From Calditrichaceae bacterium (GTDB taxonomy: Bacteria > Calditrichota > Calditrichia > RBG-13-44-9 > J075): a stretch of DNA of 64,000 nucleotides. The stretch covers positions 20,487 to 84,486 of the forward strand of contig JABWBP010000005.1 in the NCBI GenBank assembly GCA_013360445.1, given 5' to 3'. This document shows positions 36,212 through 45,446 of the stretch, piece after piece. Under the pieces are notes generated by a model, which saw only the letters and a program-made list of their open reading frames with translations, searched no databases and was not told the origin of the DNA. The position numbers were made by a program, and so were the translations under genes. Positions within the stretch are counted from its first letter, which is position 1; the number at the start of each line of letters is the position of its first letter.

Positions 36212-37133
36212 TCTTCTCCGCCGCCCGCAGTTTGGCGCTGCGCGCCCGGGGATTGGCGCGGATTTCCTCCTCGTCCGGCGACAGGGGCCGGCGGGTTAAA
36301 ATTTCCAGTTCCCGAACCTTGTTGCAAACGCAGGCGGGCAGCTCCGGGGGGCAAACACAGCTCTGGTATTTTTCCCGGAAAAATTCTTTGACGATGCGGT
36401 CTTCTAAGGAATGATAACTGATCACCACCAGCCTCCCCCCTTGCTTCAATACCTGGAAAGCCGCCTCCAGCGAGGCGCGCAGGCGCTCCAGCTCCCGGTT
36501 CACTTCGATCCGGATCGCCTGGAACACCCGCGCCAGGGATTTATTCAAGAAGCGCTCGCCTACTACCGAGCGCACGACTGCCGCCAGATCGCCGGCGGTG
36601 CGAAATTCCGCGGTTTCCCGGCGGCGGGAAATTTCCCGGGCAATGGCCCGCCAGTGCCGCTCTTCCCCGAATTCCCGGATAATTCGCCCGAGATCCTCTT
36701 GCGAATAACCGTTCAGCACTACGGCTGCGGTAACTTTCTGCCGCGGATCAAAGCGCATATCCAGAGGCCCCTCGCTTTGGTAACTGAACCCGCGGCGCTC
36801 TTCATCCACCTGGAAAGAAGAAATTCCCAGGTCGTAGAGAACGCCGTCCACCGGATGCTTCCCGGCTTCGTGCAATACCACTTCCAACTGATCGAAAAAA
36901 GCCTGTTGCAGGTACTTGTTGGAGAAGCGGCTCAATCTTTGTGCGGCATATTCTATGGCTTCAGGGTCGGCGTCGATTCCGATTAAAAACGCGCGGGGAG
37001 AAGTCCGTTCTAAAATAGCGTAACCATGGCCGCCGCCCCCAAGCGTGCAATCAACATATACTCCTTCCTGATTATGAACCAGGTACTCTATCGCCAGCTT
37101 TGCCAGCGCCGGCTGGTGAAATCCCTTTTCCAT
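36183..37133 (-). CDS. rsmH: 16S rRNA (cytosine1402-N4)-methyltransferase.
   Basis: VDCTLGGGGH, IGIDADPEA, DLGISSFQVD. Start at MEKGF; the track ORF extends further upstream. Confidence 0.9.
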   Translation of the reverse strand: MEKGFHQPALAKLAIEYLVHNQEGVYVDCTLGGGGHGYAILERTSPRAFLIGIDADPEAIEYAAQRLSRFSNKYLQQAFFDQLEVVLHEAGKHPVDGVLYDLGISSFQVDEERRGFSYQSEGPLDMRFDPRQKVTAAVVLNGYSQEDLGRIIREFGEERHWRAIAREISRRRETAEFRTAGDLAAVVRSVVGERFLNKSLARVFQAIRIEVNRELERLRASLEAAFQVLKQGGRLVVISYHSLEDRIVKEFFREKYQSCVCPPELPACVCNKVRELEILTRRPLSPDEEEIRANPRARSAKLRAAEKIVPYREGQE

Positions 37134-37152
37134 ACCTGCGATCCCTGCAAGG

Positions 37153-37593
37153 TTAGATATCCAGGTCCCGAACGATATTCTGGTAATCCGTTTCGGTCGC
37201 CTCCACAAATTGCTGGTATTTGTCCGGGTTCCAAATTTCGAGTTTGTTCTGGTAGCCAACGATCAGAATTTCACTGTCCAGGTTGGCGTATTCGATCAAA
37301 TCGGCGCTGAGGTTCAAACGCCCCTGTTTGTCGATCTTTTGCTCCCCGGCCTGGTACATCAACCGCCGGGAGATCAGCCCGAACTCCCGCTCCGTTTGCA
37401 CCTTTCGCCGGATGTCTTCGATTAAGTAACGCCAGGAGGTAAGGGGGTACACGCTAATGCAGGGATGGGTTCCGCGAACCAACATGAGGGTATCTTCATC
37501 TTCCGGCTGAAGATTCCTGCGAAACCTGGCGGGGAAATTAATTCGCCCCTTGTTATCCAGAGTGCTGTTGACGCTGCCCCAAAATCCGTTCAT
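37153..37593 (-). CDS. mraZ: Transcriptional regulator MraZ.
   Basis: Duplicated MraZ fold. The N-terminus is MNGFWGSVNSTLDNKGRINFP (the canonical DxKGR motif), which is the likely start at 37593. Confidence 0.85.
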   Translation of the reverse strand: MNGFWGSVNSTLDNKGRINFPARFRRNLQPEDEDTLMLVRGTHPCISVYPLTSWRYLIEDIRRKVQTEREFGLISRRLMYQAGEQKIDKQGRLNLSADLIEYANLDSEILIVGYQNKLEIWNPDKYQQFVEATETDYQNIVRDLDI

Positions 37594-37817
37594 TTCGCCC
37601 TTATTCCCCACTTTAATGGAATTAAGTGGATTTTTCTCCACTGCAAATATCGACGGTTTTAGGGAATAAATCAAGGGAAAATTGAAATTCTGGCGAAAAA
37701 GGCAGGAAGATCAATAGAGAAGGATAGAAATATCCCCGCGGGAGAGGGGTTCGAAACGAATTGGCATTAAAATGTCGGCAAAAAATTTCAACTATCTTCG
37801 GTTGAGAATTTTACCCC
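37594..37817 (-). promoter_or_regulatory. Upstream region of the dcw cluster; the presumed mraZ promoter and autoregulatory region.
   Basis: The 224-bp AT-richer spacer is the only long spacer upstream of the 15-gene co-directional cluster. No specific -35/-10 could be assigned. Confidence 0.3.
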
Positions 37818-38573
37818 TTAAAACAGGGTAATGCTTCCCCCCACTCCCAGCGCCAGATACTCTCCGAATACGATATTCCCGGTCAGCGCCAGACGTTTGG
37901 TCGGATAAACGTGCACTCCCCCGTTCAGCCTGAGAAATGCTTCGATCAGGGAGCCTGGTTGGTTGTCCGGTTGCCCGTCCAAATGGGTATTGAACACACT
38001 GCGAGACGCGCCGGGAGCGATATAGAAATCTACCCGGGGCAAAAAATAACCGAGATAGGTCTGGATCAAGAGCATCCGAATATCAAAGTCCGTCAGTCGC
38101 TCTAATTGCTGGTAGAGCGCCAGGAAACCGACCCGCAGCGAGGAGGCTTCCTCGATCATGGTATAACGTATCCCCACGCCCCACAAAAAAGCGTTCTCCG
38201 GATTTGGCTGCCCGAATTTGAACGCCATTGCCCGGCCCAGCACGTGCACCCGGTAGGGCAGGCCTATCTCCATCTGGAAAAAAGGCACGTTGAAATTGCC
38301 GGTGTTGGCCAGCGCCCCGGTTTGCTGCTCTTTATTCACCACCGCCCAGGCGGTCGTGAAGGCTAAATTGACCCGCATCGCTCCCAGGGTTTGAATGCTC
38401 TGGATCGCGGAGCAATTCAATACACTGTTGATAGAAGCGTTCAGATTATTGACGCCGGTAGATGTAGAATCGTTAATGAGTTTGTCTAAATCGATCTCCT
38501 GGGCAAATAAGGGTGGGTCCACAGGACAGAAGAGGCAGAAAAAAATCACGCAGATATAGGGCATTAACTTCAT
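37818..38573 (-). CDS. Outer-membrane beta-barrel protein (signal peptide, C-terminal Phe).
   Basis: Signal peptide MKLMPYICVIFFCLFCPVDPPLFAQ, alternating hydrophobic beta-strand pattern, and the terminal ...GGSITLF. Confidence 0.65.
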   Translation of the reverse strand: MKLMPYICVIFFCLFCPVDPPLFAQEIDLDKLINDSTSTGVNNLNASINSVLNCSAIQSIQTLGAMRVNLAFTTAWAVVNKEQQTGALANTGNFNVPFFQMEIGLPYRVHVLGRAMAFKFGQPNPENAFLWGVGIRYTMIEEASSLRVGFLALYQQLERLTDFDIRMLLIQTYLGYFLPRVDFYIAPGASRSVFNTHLDGQPDNQPGSLIEAFLRLNGGVHVYPTKRLALTGNIVFGEYLALGVGGSITLF

Positions 38574-38682
38574 AAATATTCGACCGCTTCGACTCCGGCC
38601 AACTCGTTTTTGGGATGCTGATGGATATTGCCGCCCCAGGATGCATAAAAATCATACCCCTCCCTCGGGGCCCTGCGAACAT

Positions 38683-39459
38683 TTATCCTTTGATCAATCC
38701 CCGCTCGCTTTTTTCAAGGAAACCGATGATGGCCTCCAATTCGGGCAGGGGTTTCAACTCTTGCCGGATTTTCTCCACCGCTTCCTTCCGGGTCAAATTG
38801 CTGCGATAGATAAAGCGGTAGGCGCGTTTGATTTCCAGCAGCACATCCGCGCCGAATCCTTTGCGCGACAGCCCGACGTGATTGACGCCCCCGTATTGCA
38901 AAGGCTCGCCCATCGCCAATATAAACGGCGGCACATCCTTGGATATCTTACTGATTCCCCCGATAAACGCGTGCTGGCCGATATGGACAAATTGATGAAT
39001 GGCGCTGAGGCCCCCCACACCGACGTAATCTTCGATAGTCACGTGGCCGGCCATGTTCACGGCGTTGGCAATGATGACATTATTCCCGATTACGCAGTCA
39101 TGGGCGACGTGGGAGTAGGACATGAGCAGGCAGTTTTTGCCCACCACGGTTTTGTAGGAATGTACCGTGCCGCGGTTGAGCGTCGCGTATTCCCGGATGG
39201 TGGTGCCGTCGCCGATCTCCAGGTAGGTTTTCTCATCCTTGTACTTCAGATCCTGGGGGGCGGTGCCTAACACCGCGCCGGGAGAGACGCGCACGTTCTT
39301 GCCCAGCCGCACCCCGGAATCAATGAATACGTGGGACTGGATTTTGCACCCGTCGCCGATGATTGCATCGTCCTGGATGATGCTAAAAGGGCCGACTTCC
39401 ACGTCTGCGCCCAACTCCGCGCCGGGATGAACGATTGCCGTAGGGTGAATGGTTGCCAT
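38683..39459 (-). CDS. lpxA: Acyl-ACP--UDP-N-acetylglucosamine O-acyltransferase.
   Basis: MATIHPTAIVHPGAELG plus hexapeptide repeats. The track start lies further upstream. Confidence 0.9.
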   Translation of the reverse strand: MATIHPTAIVHPGAELGADVEVGPFSIIQDDAIIGDGCKIQSHVFIDSGVRLGKNVRVSPGAVLGTAPQDLKYKDEKTYLEIGDGTTIREYATLNRGTVHSYKTVVGKNCLLMSYSHVAHDCVIGNNVIIANAVNMAGHVTIEDYVGVGGLSAIHQFVHIGQHAFIGGISKISKDVPPFILAMGEPLQYGGVNHVGLSRKGFGADVLLEIKRAYRFIYRSNLTRKEAVEKIRQELKPLPELEAIIGFLEKSERGLIKG

Positions 39460-39463
39460 GAGA

Positions 39464-39574
39464 GTTTCAGGTTTTGAGTTTCGAGTTTGGCGCATGGCGC
39501 ATAGAGCATAGGGCATAGCGGGGCAGTTCCGTCTTATCCTTGCGCTTTGCACTCTGCGCTCTGCGCCATGCGCC
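39464..39574. repeat. GAGTTTC heptamer x3, then a GCGCAT-word array with its ATGCGC-word complement (hairpin).
   Basis: ggttttgagtttcgagtttgg cgcatggcgcatagagcatagggcatagcg ... cgctttgcactctgcgctctgcgccatgcgcc. Confidence 0.6.
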
Positions 39575-40984
39575 TTAGCGGTCTATAATGGCGGCTAACA
39601 TCTCTGCTTCCGCCACCAATTCTCCATCCACAAAAGCCTTTCCATACATTTTACAGGAAGTGGCGCGCTGGCGCAGCATTTCCAGTTCGTACACCAGTTG
39701 CGCCCCGGGAAGCACCGGTTTGCGAAAGCGCACCCCGTCCATTCCCATGAAATAGACCAGTTTGTGGTCGGGGTTCTCTTCCCCGTTCAGCAGCAGGATG
39801 CCGCCGGTTTGCGCCATCCCTTCGATGATGAGAACCCCCGGCATGATGGGGTGGCCGGGAAAATGCCCCTGGAAAAATTCCTCGTTGCCGGTAACGTTTT
39901 TGATGCCCACGATCCGTTTGCCCATGTCGAATTCCACGATCCGGTCCACTAACAGAAAGGGGTAACGGTGGGGCAAAATGCGCTGAATGGCGTCGAAATC
40001 GAACACTACTCCTTTGCGGGGAACGTCCTGGTATTTGCGGGTCAACTGCTGGCTTTTGTAATATTCCCGCAGGCGGCGGGCAAATTCGATATTGCTTTGA
40101 TGCCCGGGGCGGGCGGCCAGAATCTGTCCTTTGATCGGCGCTCCCACCAGGAACAGATCGCCTAACATATCCAGCACCTTATGGCGGGCAGGCTCGTTGC
40201 GGAAGCGCAGCGCCCGGTTGTTCAAAATACCGTTCGAGCCGGCAAACACCTCACCCTCGATCTTCAAGGCATTGCGAATACTATCCTGGTCGATCTCTTC
40301 CAGCTCTTTATCGCAAATCACCACCGCGTTATTCAGGTTGCCTCCCTTGATCAATCCCTGTTCGATCAGCATTTCGACCTCGTGGAGGAAGCAAAAGGTG
40401 CGCGCGGGGGCGAATTCGGTCACAAATTCCTTCTCTAAGGAGAACAATCCGGAGTGCTGGCTGCCCAAGGCGGGGTTCTGGTAATCGATCATGACGGTGA
40501 TGCGGAAGTCATCCAAAGGCAGCGCCACCATGTCGATTCCGCGCTTCTCATTATGAAAATGGAGGGTTTCCGAAACCACTAAGTAATTTTTCGGCGCTTC
40601 CTGTTCCATAACCCCCGCTTCTAAGAGCACGTTCACATAGGGCATGGCGCTGCCGTCGCCCACCGGGGGCTCCGCGGCGCTCAATTCGATCAGGAGGTTG
40701 TCGATTTCCATTCCCGCCACCGCCGCTAAAACGTGCTCCACGGTATAGATCCGGCAGCCGCCTTTTTGCAGGTTGGTGCCGCGCAGGCTGTCGATGGAAT
40801 TATCCTGAACCACGTAGTCCACCAGCGCCGGCACCTCCACCGGGTTCTCCAAATCCGAGCGGCTGAAGACGATCCCGTAATTTTCCGGGGCCGGTTTGAA
40901 AGTGATGGTGGAACGCTCCCCGGTATGCAGCGCGATGCCCGCAAACGAGGCCGTGGTTTTGATGGTCCGTTGCTTTTTGGACAT
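39575..40984 (-). CDS. lpxC/fabZ: Bifunctional UDP-3-O-acyl-GlcNAc deacetylase / 3-hydroxyacyl-ACP dehydratase (LpxC-FabZ fusion).
   Basis: The N-terminal LpxC fold (HTGERSTITFKP, zinc ligands) is fused to a C-terminal FabZ hotdog domain (HFPGHPIMPGVL). Confidence 0.9.
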   Translation of the reverse strand: MSKKQRTIKTTASFAGIALHTGERSTITFKPAPENYGIVFSRSDLENPVEVPALVDYVVQDNSIDSLRGTNLQKGGCRIYTVEHVLAAVAGMEIDNLLIELSAAEPPVGDGSAMPYVNVLLEAGVMEQEAPKNYLVVSETLHFHNEKRGIDMVALPLDDFRITVMIDYQNPALGSQHSGLFSLEKEFVTEFAPARTFCFLHEVEMLIEQGLIKGGNLNNAVVICDKELEEIDQDSIRNALKIEGEVFAGSNGILNNRALRFRNEPARHKVLDMLGDLFLVGAPIKGQILAARPGHQSNIEFARRLREYYKSQQLTRKYQDVPRKGVVFDFDAIQRILPHRYPFLLVDRIVEFDMGKRIVGIKNVTGNEEFFQGHFPGHPIMPGVLIIEGMAQTGGILLLNGEENPDHKLVYFMGMDGVRFRKPVLPGAQLVYELEMLRQRATSCKMYGKAFVDGELVAEAEMLAAIIDR

Positions 40985-41065
40985 ATATTTTTATCCCTTA
41001 CACATATTCATCAATCCGAAAAACCAGGCTTCAAGAACCCGCAGCCAATTACAAGATTTCCCCCG

Positions 41066-41123
41066 CTTCCCCAAATTCACTTTTCATCCCCGCATTCACG
41101 GGGACAAATTTTTCACTTTTCAC
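41066..41123. repeat. TTTTCAC heptamer run (direct, x5) around a small hairpin TCCCCG-cattca-CGGGGA.
   Basis: ttcacttttcatccccgcattcacggggacaaatttttcacttttcacttttcactttc. Confidence 0.55.
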
Positions 41124-42147
41124 TTTTCACTTTCTCCAACTCCTCTTCTAACTTCTTTACCCGTTTCAGCAATTCCGGGAGGCTGTTGAGCGCCGCTTCA
41201 ATGCGTTTGGTTTTCATGATCGGGCGGGCCGGGTACCCGAAGATGATTTCGTCGTCTCCCACGCTTTTGGGTACCCCGGATTTCGCCCCGATCTGCACCC
41301 GGTCGCCGATGGTGATGTGCCCCACCGTGCCCACCTGCCCGGCAATCATCACGTTCCGCCCGATTTTGGTGCTCCCGGAAATGCCGGTTTGCGCCGCAAT
41401 CACGGTGTTTTCCCCCACGGTGACGTTGTGGGCTAAGTGTACCAGGTTGTCTAATTTTGCGCCGGCCTTCACTACCGTCTCGCCTAAGGTGGCGCGGTCG
41501 ATGGTGGCGTTTGCGCCGATTTCCACGTCGTCTTCGATAACCACCCGCCCGACCTGGGGAATTTTGTGAAATTTCCCCTGGTAAGGGGCAAATCCAAACC
41601 CGTCGCTGCCGATTACCGCGCCGTTGTGAATGATCACCCGGCTGCCGATGCGGCAATTTTCCCGGACGCCCACCGAGGGATAGAGGATGCAGTCATCGCC
41701 CACGCTGCTGTCGTCTAATATCACGCAATTGGGGAAAATCTGGCAGCGCTCGCCGATCCGCACGTTCGCCCCGATGTAAACATTTGCCCCGATAGCGCTG
41801 TCCTTGCCGATCCGGGCGCCGGGGTGAACCACCGCGCTGGGGTGAATCCCCGCTTCTAACATCTTTTTGGGAGCGTTGAACAGGAGAAACGTTTTCAGAA
41901 AACCGAAATAAGCGTCAATGGCCTGAATATAAGGAATCGCGGGCGTAACCCCCGCTTTGGCGTCGATGATGACCGCAGAAGCCCCGGTCTTCGCCAAATA
42001 TTCCCGGTAGCGGGGATTGGCCAGAAAGGTGATCTCCCCGGCTTTCGCTTTGTCGATTTCGGCCACGTTAGTGATTTTTACGTTCGGATCGCCCTGCAAT
42101 TCCCCGCCGATATGTTCGGCAATTTCCGCCAGGGTAAAAACCGGCAT
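41113..42147 (-). CDS. lpxD: UDP-3-O-acylglucosamine N-acyltransferase.
   Basis: N-terminal LpxD domain, hexapeptide repeats, and C-terminal coiled coil. Confidence 0.9.
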   Translation of the reverse strand: MPVFTLAEIAEHIGGELQGDPNVKITNVAEIDKAKAGEITFLANPRYREYLAKTGASAVIIDAKAGVTPAIPYIQAIDAYFGFLKTFLLFNAPKKMLEAGIHPSAVVHPGARIGKDSAIGANVYIGANVRIGERCQIFPNCVILDDSSVGDDCILYPSVGVRENCRIGSRVIIHNGAVIGSDGFGFAPYQGKFHKIPQVGRVVIEDDVEIGANATIDRATLGETVVKAGAKLDNLVHLAHNVTVGENTVIAAQTGISGSTKIGRNVMIAGQVGTVGHITIGDRVQIGAKSGVPKSVGDDEIIFGYPARPIMKTKRIEAALNSLPELLKRVKKLEEELEKVKSEK

Positions 42148-42204
42148 AACCCTCTCCGTGTTTTGAAAAATTGAGCACAGGTTGGACGCTTTTCCCGATT
42201 CCGG

Positions 42205-42340
42205 GAGCGAGTGTTTTCGTGTGCAAGTGTTATGGTGTTCAAGTGTTCGAGTGTTATAGTGTTTTAGTGTCAGGTATTATCGTATTGAGATAACTTGAAC
42301 ACTAAAACATCATAACACCATAACACGAAAACACTCGCCC
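42205..42340. repeat. Longest GTGTT-word hairpin: 8-mer NNNGTGTT x8, a loop, then the AACAC-word complement.
   Basis: gagcgagtgttttcgtgtgcaagtgttatggtgttcaagtgttcgagtgttatagtgttttagtgtcaggtattatcg ... gataacttgaacactaaaacatcataacaccataacacgaaaacactcgccc. Confidence 0.65.
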
Positions 42341-42363
42341 TCTAAAGCATTTCCGGCGAATAC

Positions 42364-42897
42364 TTACTGGGCTTTGCCTAATTCTTCCAACACTTTATCG
42401 GTAATGTCATAATCGGGTTTGGCGAAGAGCACCACGCCTCCCACCGCGTCCAAAATATAATCGTAACCTTCCTGCTCCCCGACTTTACGGATGACCTGGT
42501 TGATTTTGTTGACAATCGGATCGGTCAATTCTTTATTCTTACGATACAGCTCTCCCTGGGGCCCTAATTTTTCGTATTGGTAGCGCTCTAACTGGGTGGC
42601 CAGGTTCTGAAGCTCGGATTCCTTTTCCGCTTTTTTCTCGGGGCTTAACAGCAGGCTCTGGTTTTGGATCTCTTCGTAGAGCTTCTGCGCATCCTGCTGC
42701 ATTTGGGTAAATTCCGTTTCGTAAGTTTTCCGCAGTTCATCGAGTTTCTTTTGGGTTTCCTGAAATTCCGGGTAGCTATCCAGGATTTTTTGGGAGTCGA
42801 TGTAGCGAATTTTCATCTGCGCGTAGCCGTGATTCACCATGGCAAACGAGAATATGCCTATAAACAGCATCCACACATACATTTTACTTAACTTCAC
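42364..42897 (-). CDS. skp: Periplasmic chaperone Skp/OmpH.
   Basis: Signal peptide, 177 aa, coiled-coil rich. It sits between lpxD and bamA. Confidence 0.85.
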   Translation of the reverse strand: MKLSKMYVWMLFIGIFSFAMVNHGYAQMKIRYIDSQKILDSYPEFQETQKKLDELRKTYETEFTQMQQDAQKLYEEIQNQSLLLSPEKKAEKESELQNLATQLERYQYEKLGPQGELYRKNKELTDPIVNKINQVIRKVGEQEGYDYILDAVGGVVLFAKPDYDITDKVLEELGKAQ

Positions 42898-42957
42898 AGT
42901 TTCCTCCTGAGGTTGATGGTCTGAAAAAATTAGCCAGATTCGTTATATTTGAAAAGT

Positions 42958-43064
42958 GGGACGTAAAGTGTAAAGCGTAAATCGTAATGCGTAATTTCAT
43001 TTTCTATTCGCTTTAGATATTACCCTTTACGCATTACGTGTTACACATTACGCATTACGTTTCA
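42958..43064. repeat. CGTAAA-word array with its TTACG-word complement (hairpin).
   Basis: gacgtaaagtgtaaagcgtaaatcgtaatgcgtaatttc ... ccctttacgcattacgtgttacacattacgcattacgtttcac. Confidence 0.6.
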
Positions 43065-43067
43065 CTC

Positions 43068-45383
43068 CTAAAATTGCCCGAATTTGAAATGGATTTTCCA
43101 TTGCCCTTTGCGATTCCCGAAGCGGTCGTAGTAATCGTACCCGTAACCGAAATCCACCCCGATGATCCCCAGCAAAGGCATAAACAGCCGCGCGCCTACC
43201 CCGGCGGAGCGGCGCATATCCGAAAGGTTGAATTCCGAAGAAGATTCCCAGGCGTTTCCCGTCTCCATAAAGAAAAGCCCGAAAATGGTGGGGTTGGGGG
43301 CAATGGGAAAGCGCAGTTCCGCAGTAAAGCGGGCCATGGAGCGTCCCCCCTGGGGAGGGCCAACCCGCCCTTCATCGTAACCGCGCAGCGATTCCGAATA
43401 TCCCAGGCCGGAACCACCCATGAAAAACAGTTCGTTGGGATTGATGTAATAATTACTGTGCAGCCCGTTGATAGAACCGAACATACTTTCCAGGTAAAGC
43501 ACCAGGCCCAATAGAAGCGGACTGTAGGATTCTACCGAGAAGATATTTTTGACGAAATCTTCGTCCCCGCCCAGGAAGCCCCCGGCAAGCTTGGTGCGCA
43601 GGTTGAAAACCGTTCCCATGGTAGGGAATTCCGGGCGGTTGCGGCTGTCCCGGCGGAAGATTTGGGTAACGCTAACCTGGGTAGAACTGGTTGCAAACAG
43701 GTTCGGGTTGAATCCGATGGTATTGCGGATATTGAAAATTTCGTTTTCCGCGACCCGGAAAATCCAATCGCCCCGGAAATAGTTGTCCGGCCAGCGGAAA
43801 CGGCGCCCGACCTGAACGGTGAACCCCCGTTCTTTGCCGTCCCAGGGACGGAAAGCCCCGTTAAAGCGGGTATCGAACACCGAGAAACCTAACAGGGTGG
43901 GACTGCCGAAAGCCCAGGGCTCGGTAAAACTCAAGGTGAGGTTACGGTAAAACTTTCCGAAATCCCACTGAAACCCTAACCGCTGCCCGTCTCCGCCGGA
44001 AAGCGGCCGCCGCAAGGAGAAGTTGTTCAGCGCAAACCCGATGCTGCCGATAACCCCGTCGCGCTGGCTGTAACCGGCGCTCATATTGGCGGTATCGGTG
44101 GAGCGCTCTTCCACGTTCACTTCCAGGTTAACGTGCTTGTCGTCGTTGGGAAGGAGCTTCACATCCGGCACCACGTTGCCAAAATAGTTCAGAATCCACA
44201 CGTCGCGCACGCTGCGTTCCAGCCTGGCGCGGTTGAAAATGTCTCCGGGATATATTTTGAACTCCCGCCGCACCACTTTTTCGTTGGTTTTGGAATTACC
44301 GGTGATGATGATCTCCTTGATCCGCACCACGTGCCCCTCGTTGATCCGCAGCTTAATGTCCACGGTATTCTGGTTGACCGGAATTTCCTGCGGCAAAACG
44401 TTGGCGAAAAGGTAGCCCTCATTGTAATAAAGGTTTTGGATATTCTCCCGGATGCTTTTCTCGAAATTCTCCTGGTTGTAAATGTCCCCTTCCTTGAACA
44501 GCAACTGCCGCTCCAGTACTTCGCTGGGGAACACCGTATTGCCCTCGAACGAGATCTTCCCGAAATAGTACTGGTTTCCTTCGTTGACGTAAACGTCGAT
44601 GAACAGGTCGCGCTTATCTTCGCTGTAATAAATGGAATCCCTTTCCACTTCGGCGTCGCGGAAGCCTCTTTTGCGGCAGAACTTCACCAGGTTTTCCAGG
44701 TCTTCTTCGTATTTTTCCCGGTTGTAATCGGCTCCCCGCCACCAGCGGTCTTCTTTAATCTTTTTAAACGATTTCTTCACCTCTTTTTCGGTCAGCTCAT
44801 CCAGGCCGAGAACGCGAATGCGTTTTACCTGCACCTTTTTGCCTTCCCGCAACACTATGCTGGCCTGCACGCGATTATCGGCGGTATGCACGGTATCAAT
44901 GTCAACTTTCGCCAGCAGGTAGCCTTCTTCTTTATATTTATTCAGGAGGGAGCGTTTGGCTTTATATTGCGAAAAAGGAGTCAGCACCATCCCCTTAAAA
45001 AAGCCGATTTCTTTGTCGATATCTTTTTTCTTCAGCTTTTTGTTGCCCTCTACCGTCCATCCATCCAGGCGGGGATACTCTTCGACCCGGATGAGCAGAT
45101 CCAGGTTCTCTCCTACCTGGCGTTCTGCTAAAACCTGCACGTCGGAGAAGATGTTCAGCGCCCACAAATTCTTGATCGCCCGCTGCACCTGGTCCCCGGT
45201 AATGAAGGTGCCGCGAATCAAACCGCTATTTAACAGGATGAGCGTGCTGTCGGCGAGTTCGTTCCCCTCGATCCGGATATTGTTGATCTTAAACTGCTGT
45301 TGAACCTGGGCAGAAAGGGCCGGCGGGAGCATTACCGCCGCCAGCATCAAAAAGAGCAGCAATTTAAGTTGTTTATAGCGCAT
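43068..45383 (-). CDS. bamA: Outer membrane protein assembly factor BamA.
   Basis: Signal peptide, 5 POTRA repeats, a C-terminal 16-strand barrel ending in ...KFGQF. Confidence 0.9.
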   Translation of the reverse strand: MRYKQLKLLLFLMLAAVMLPPALSAQVQQQFKINNIRIEGNELADSTLILLNSGLIRGTFITGDQVQRAIKNLWALNIFSDVQVLAERQVGENLDLLIRVEEYPRLDGWTVEGNKKLKKKDIDKEIGFFKGMVLTPFSQYKAKRSLLNKYKEEGYLLAKVDIDTVHTADNRVQASIVLREGKKVQVKRIRVLGLDELTEKEVKKSFKKIKEDRWWRGADYNREKYEEDLENLVKFCRKRGFRDAEVERDSIYYSEDKRDLFIDVYVNEGNQYYFGKISFEGNTVFPSEVLERQLLFKEGDIYNQENFEKSIRENIQNLYYNEGYLFANVLPQEIPVNQNTVDIKLRINEGHVVRIKEIIITGNSKTNEKVVRREFKIYPGDIFNRARLERSVRDVWILNYFGNVVPDVKLLPNDDKHVNLEVNVEERSTDTANMSAGYSQRDGVIGSIGFALNNFSLRRPLSGGDGQRLGFQWDFGKFYRNLTLSFTEPWAFGSPTLLGFSVFDTRFNGAFRPWDGKERGFTVQVGRRFRWPDNYFRGDWIFRVAENEIFNIRNTIGFNPNLFATSSTQVSVTQIFRRDSRNRPEFPTMGTVFNLRTKLAGGFLGGDEDFVKNIFSVESYSPLLLGLVLYLESMFGSINGLHSNYYINPNELFFMGGSGLGYSESLRGYDEGRVGPPQGGRSMARFTAELRFPIAPNPTIFGLFFMETGNAWESSSEFNLSDMRRSAGVGARLFMPLLGIIGVDFGYGYDYYDRFGNRKGQWKIHFKFGQF

Positions 45384-45446
45384 CGAATCAAACCCTTTTT
45401 TTACTTCAAACCATACAAATTAAACGATTCACGTATTTTTTGCAAA

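Noticed and set aside
37730-37800. GGGGTTCGAAAC resembling a tRNA T-arm upstream of mraZ.
   Set aside because: No acceptor stem, D-arm or anticodon arm can be drawn around it. I could not fold a cloverleaf for it or for any other stretch, so no tRNA, rRNA or tmRNA is called.
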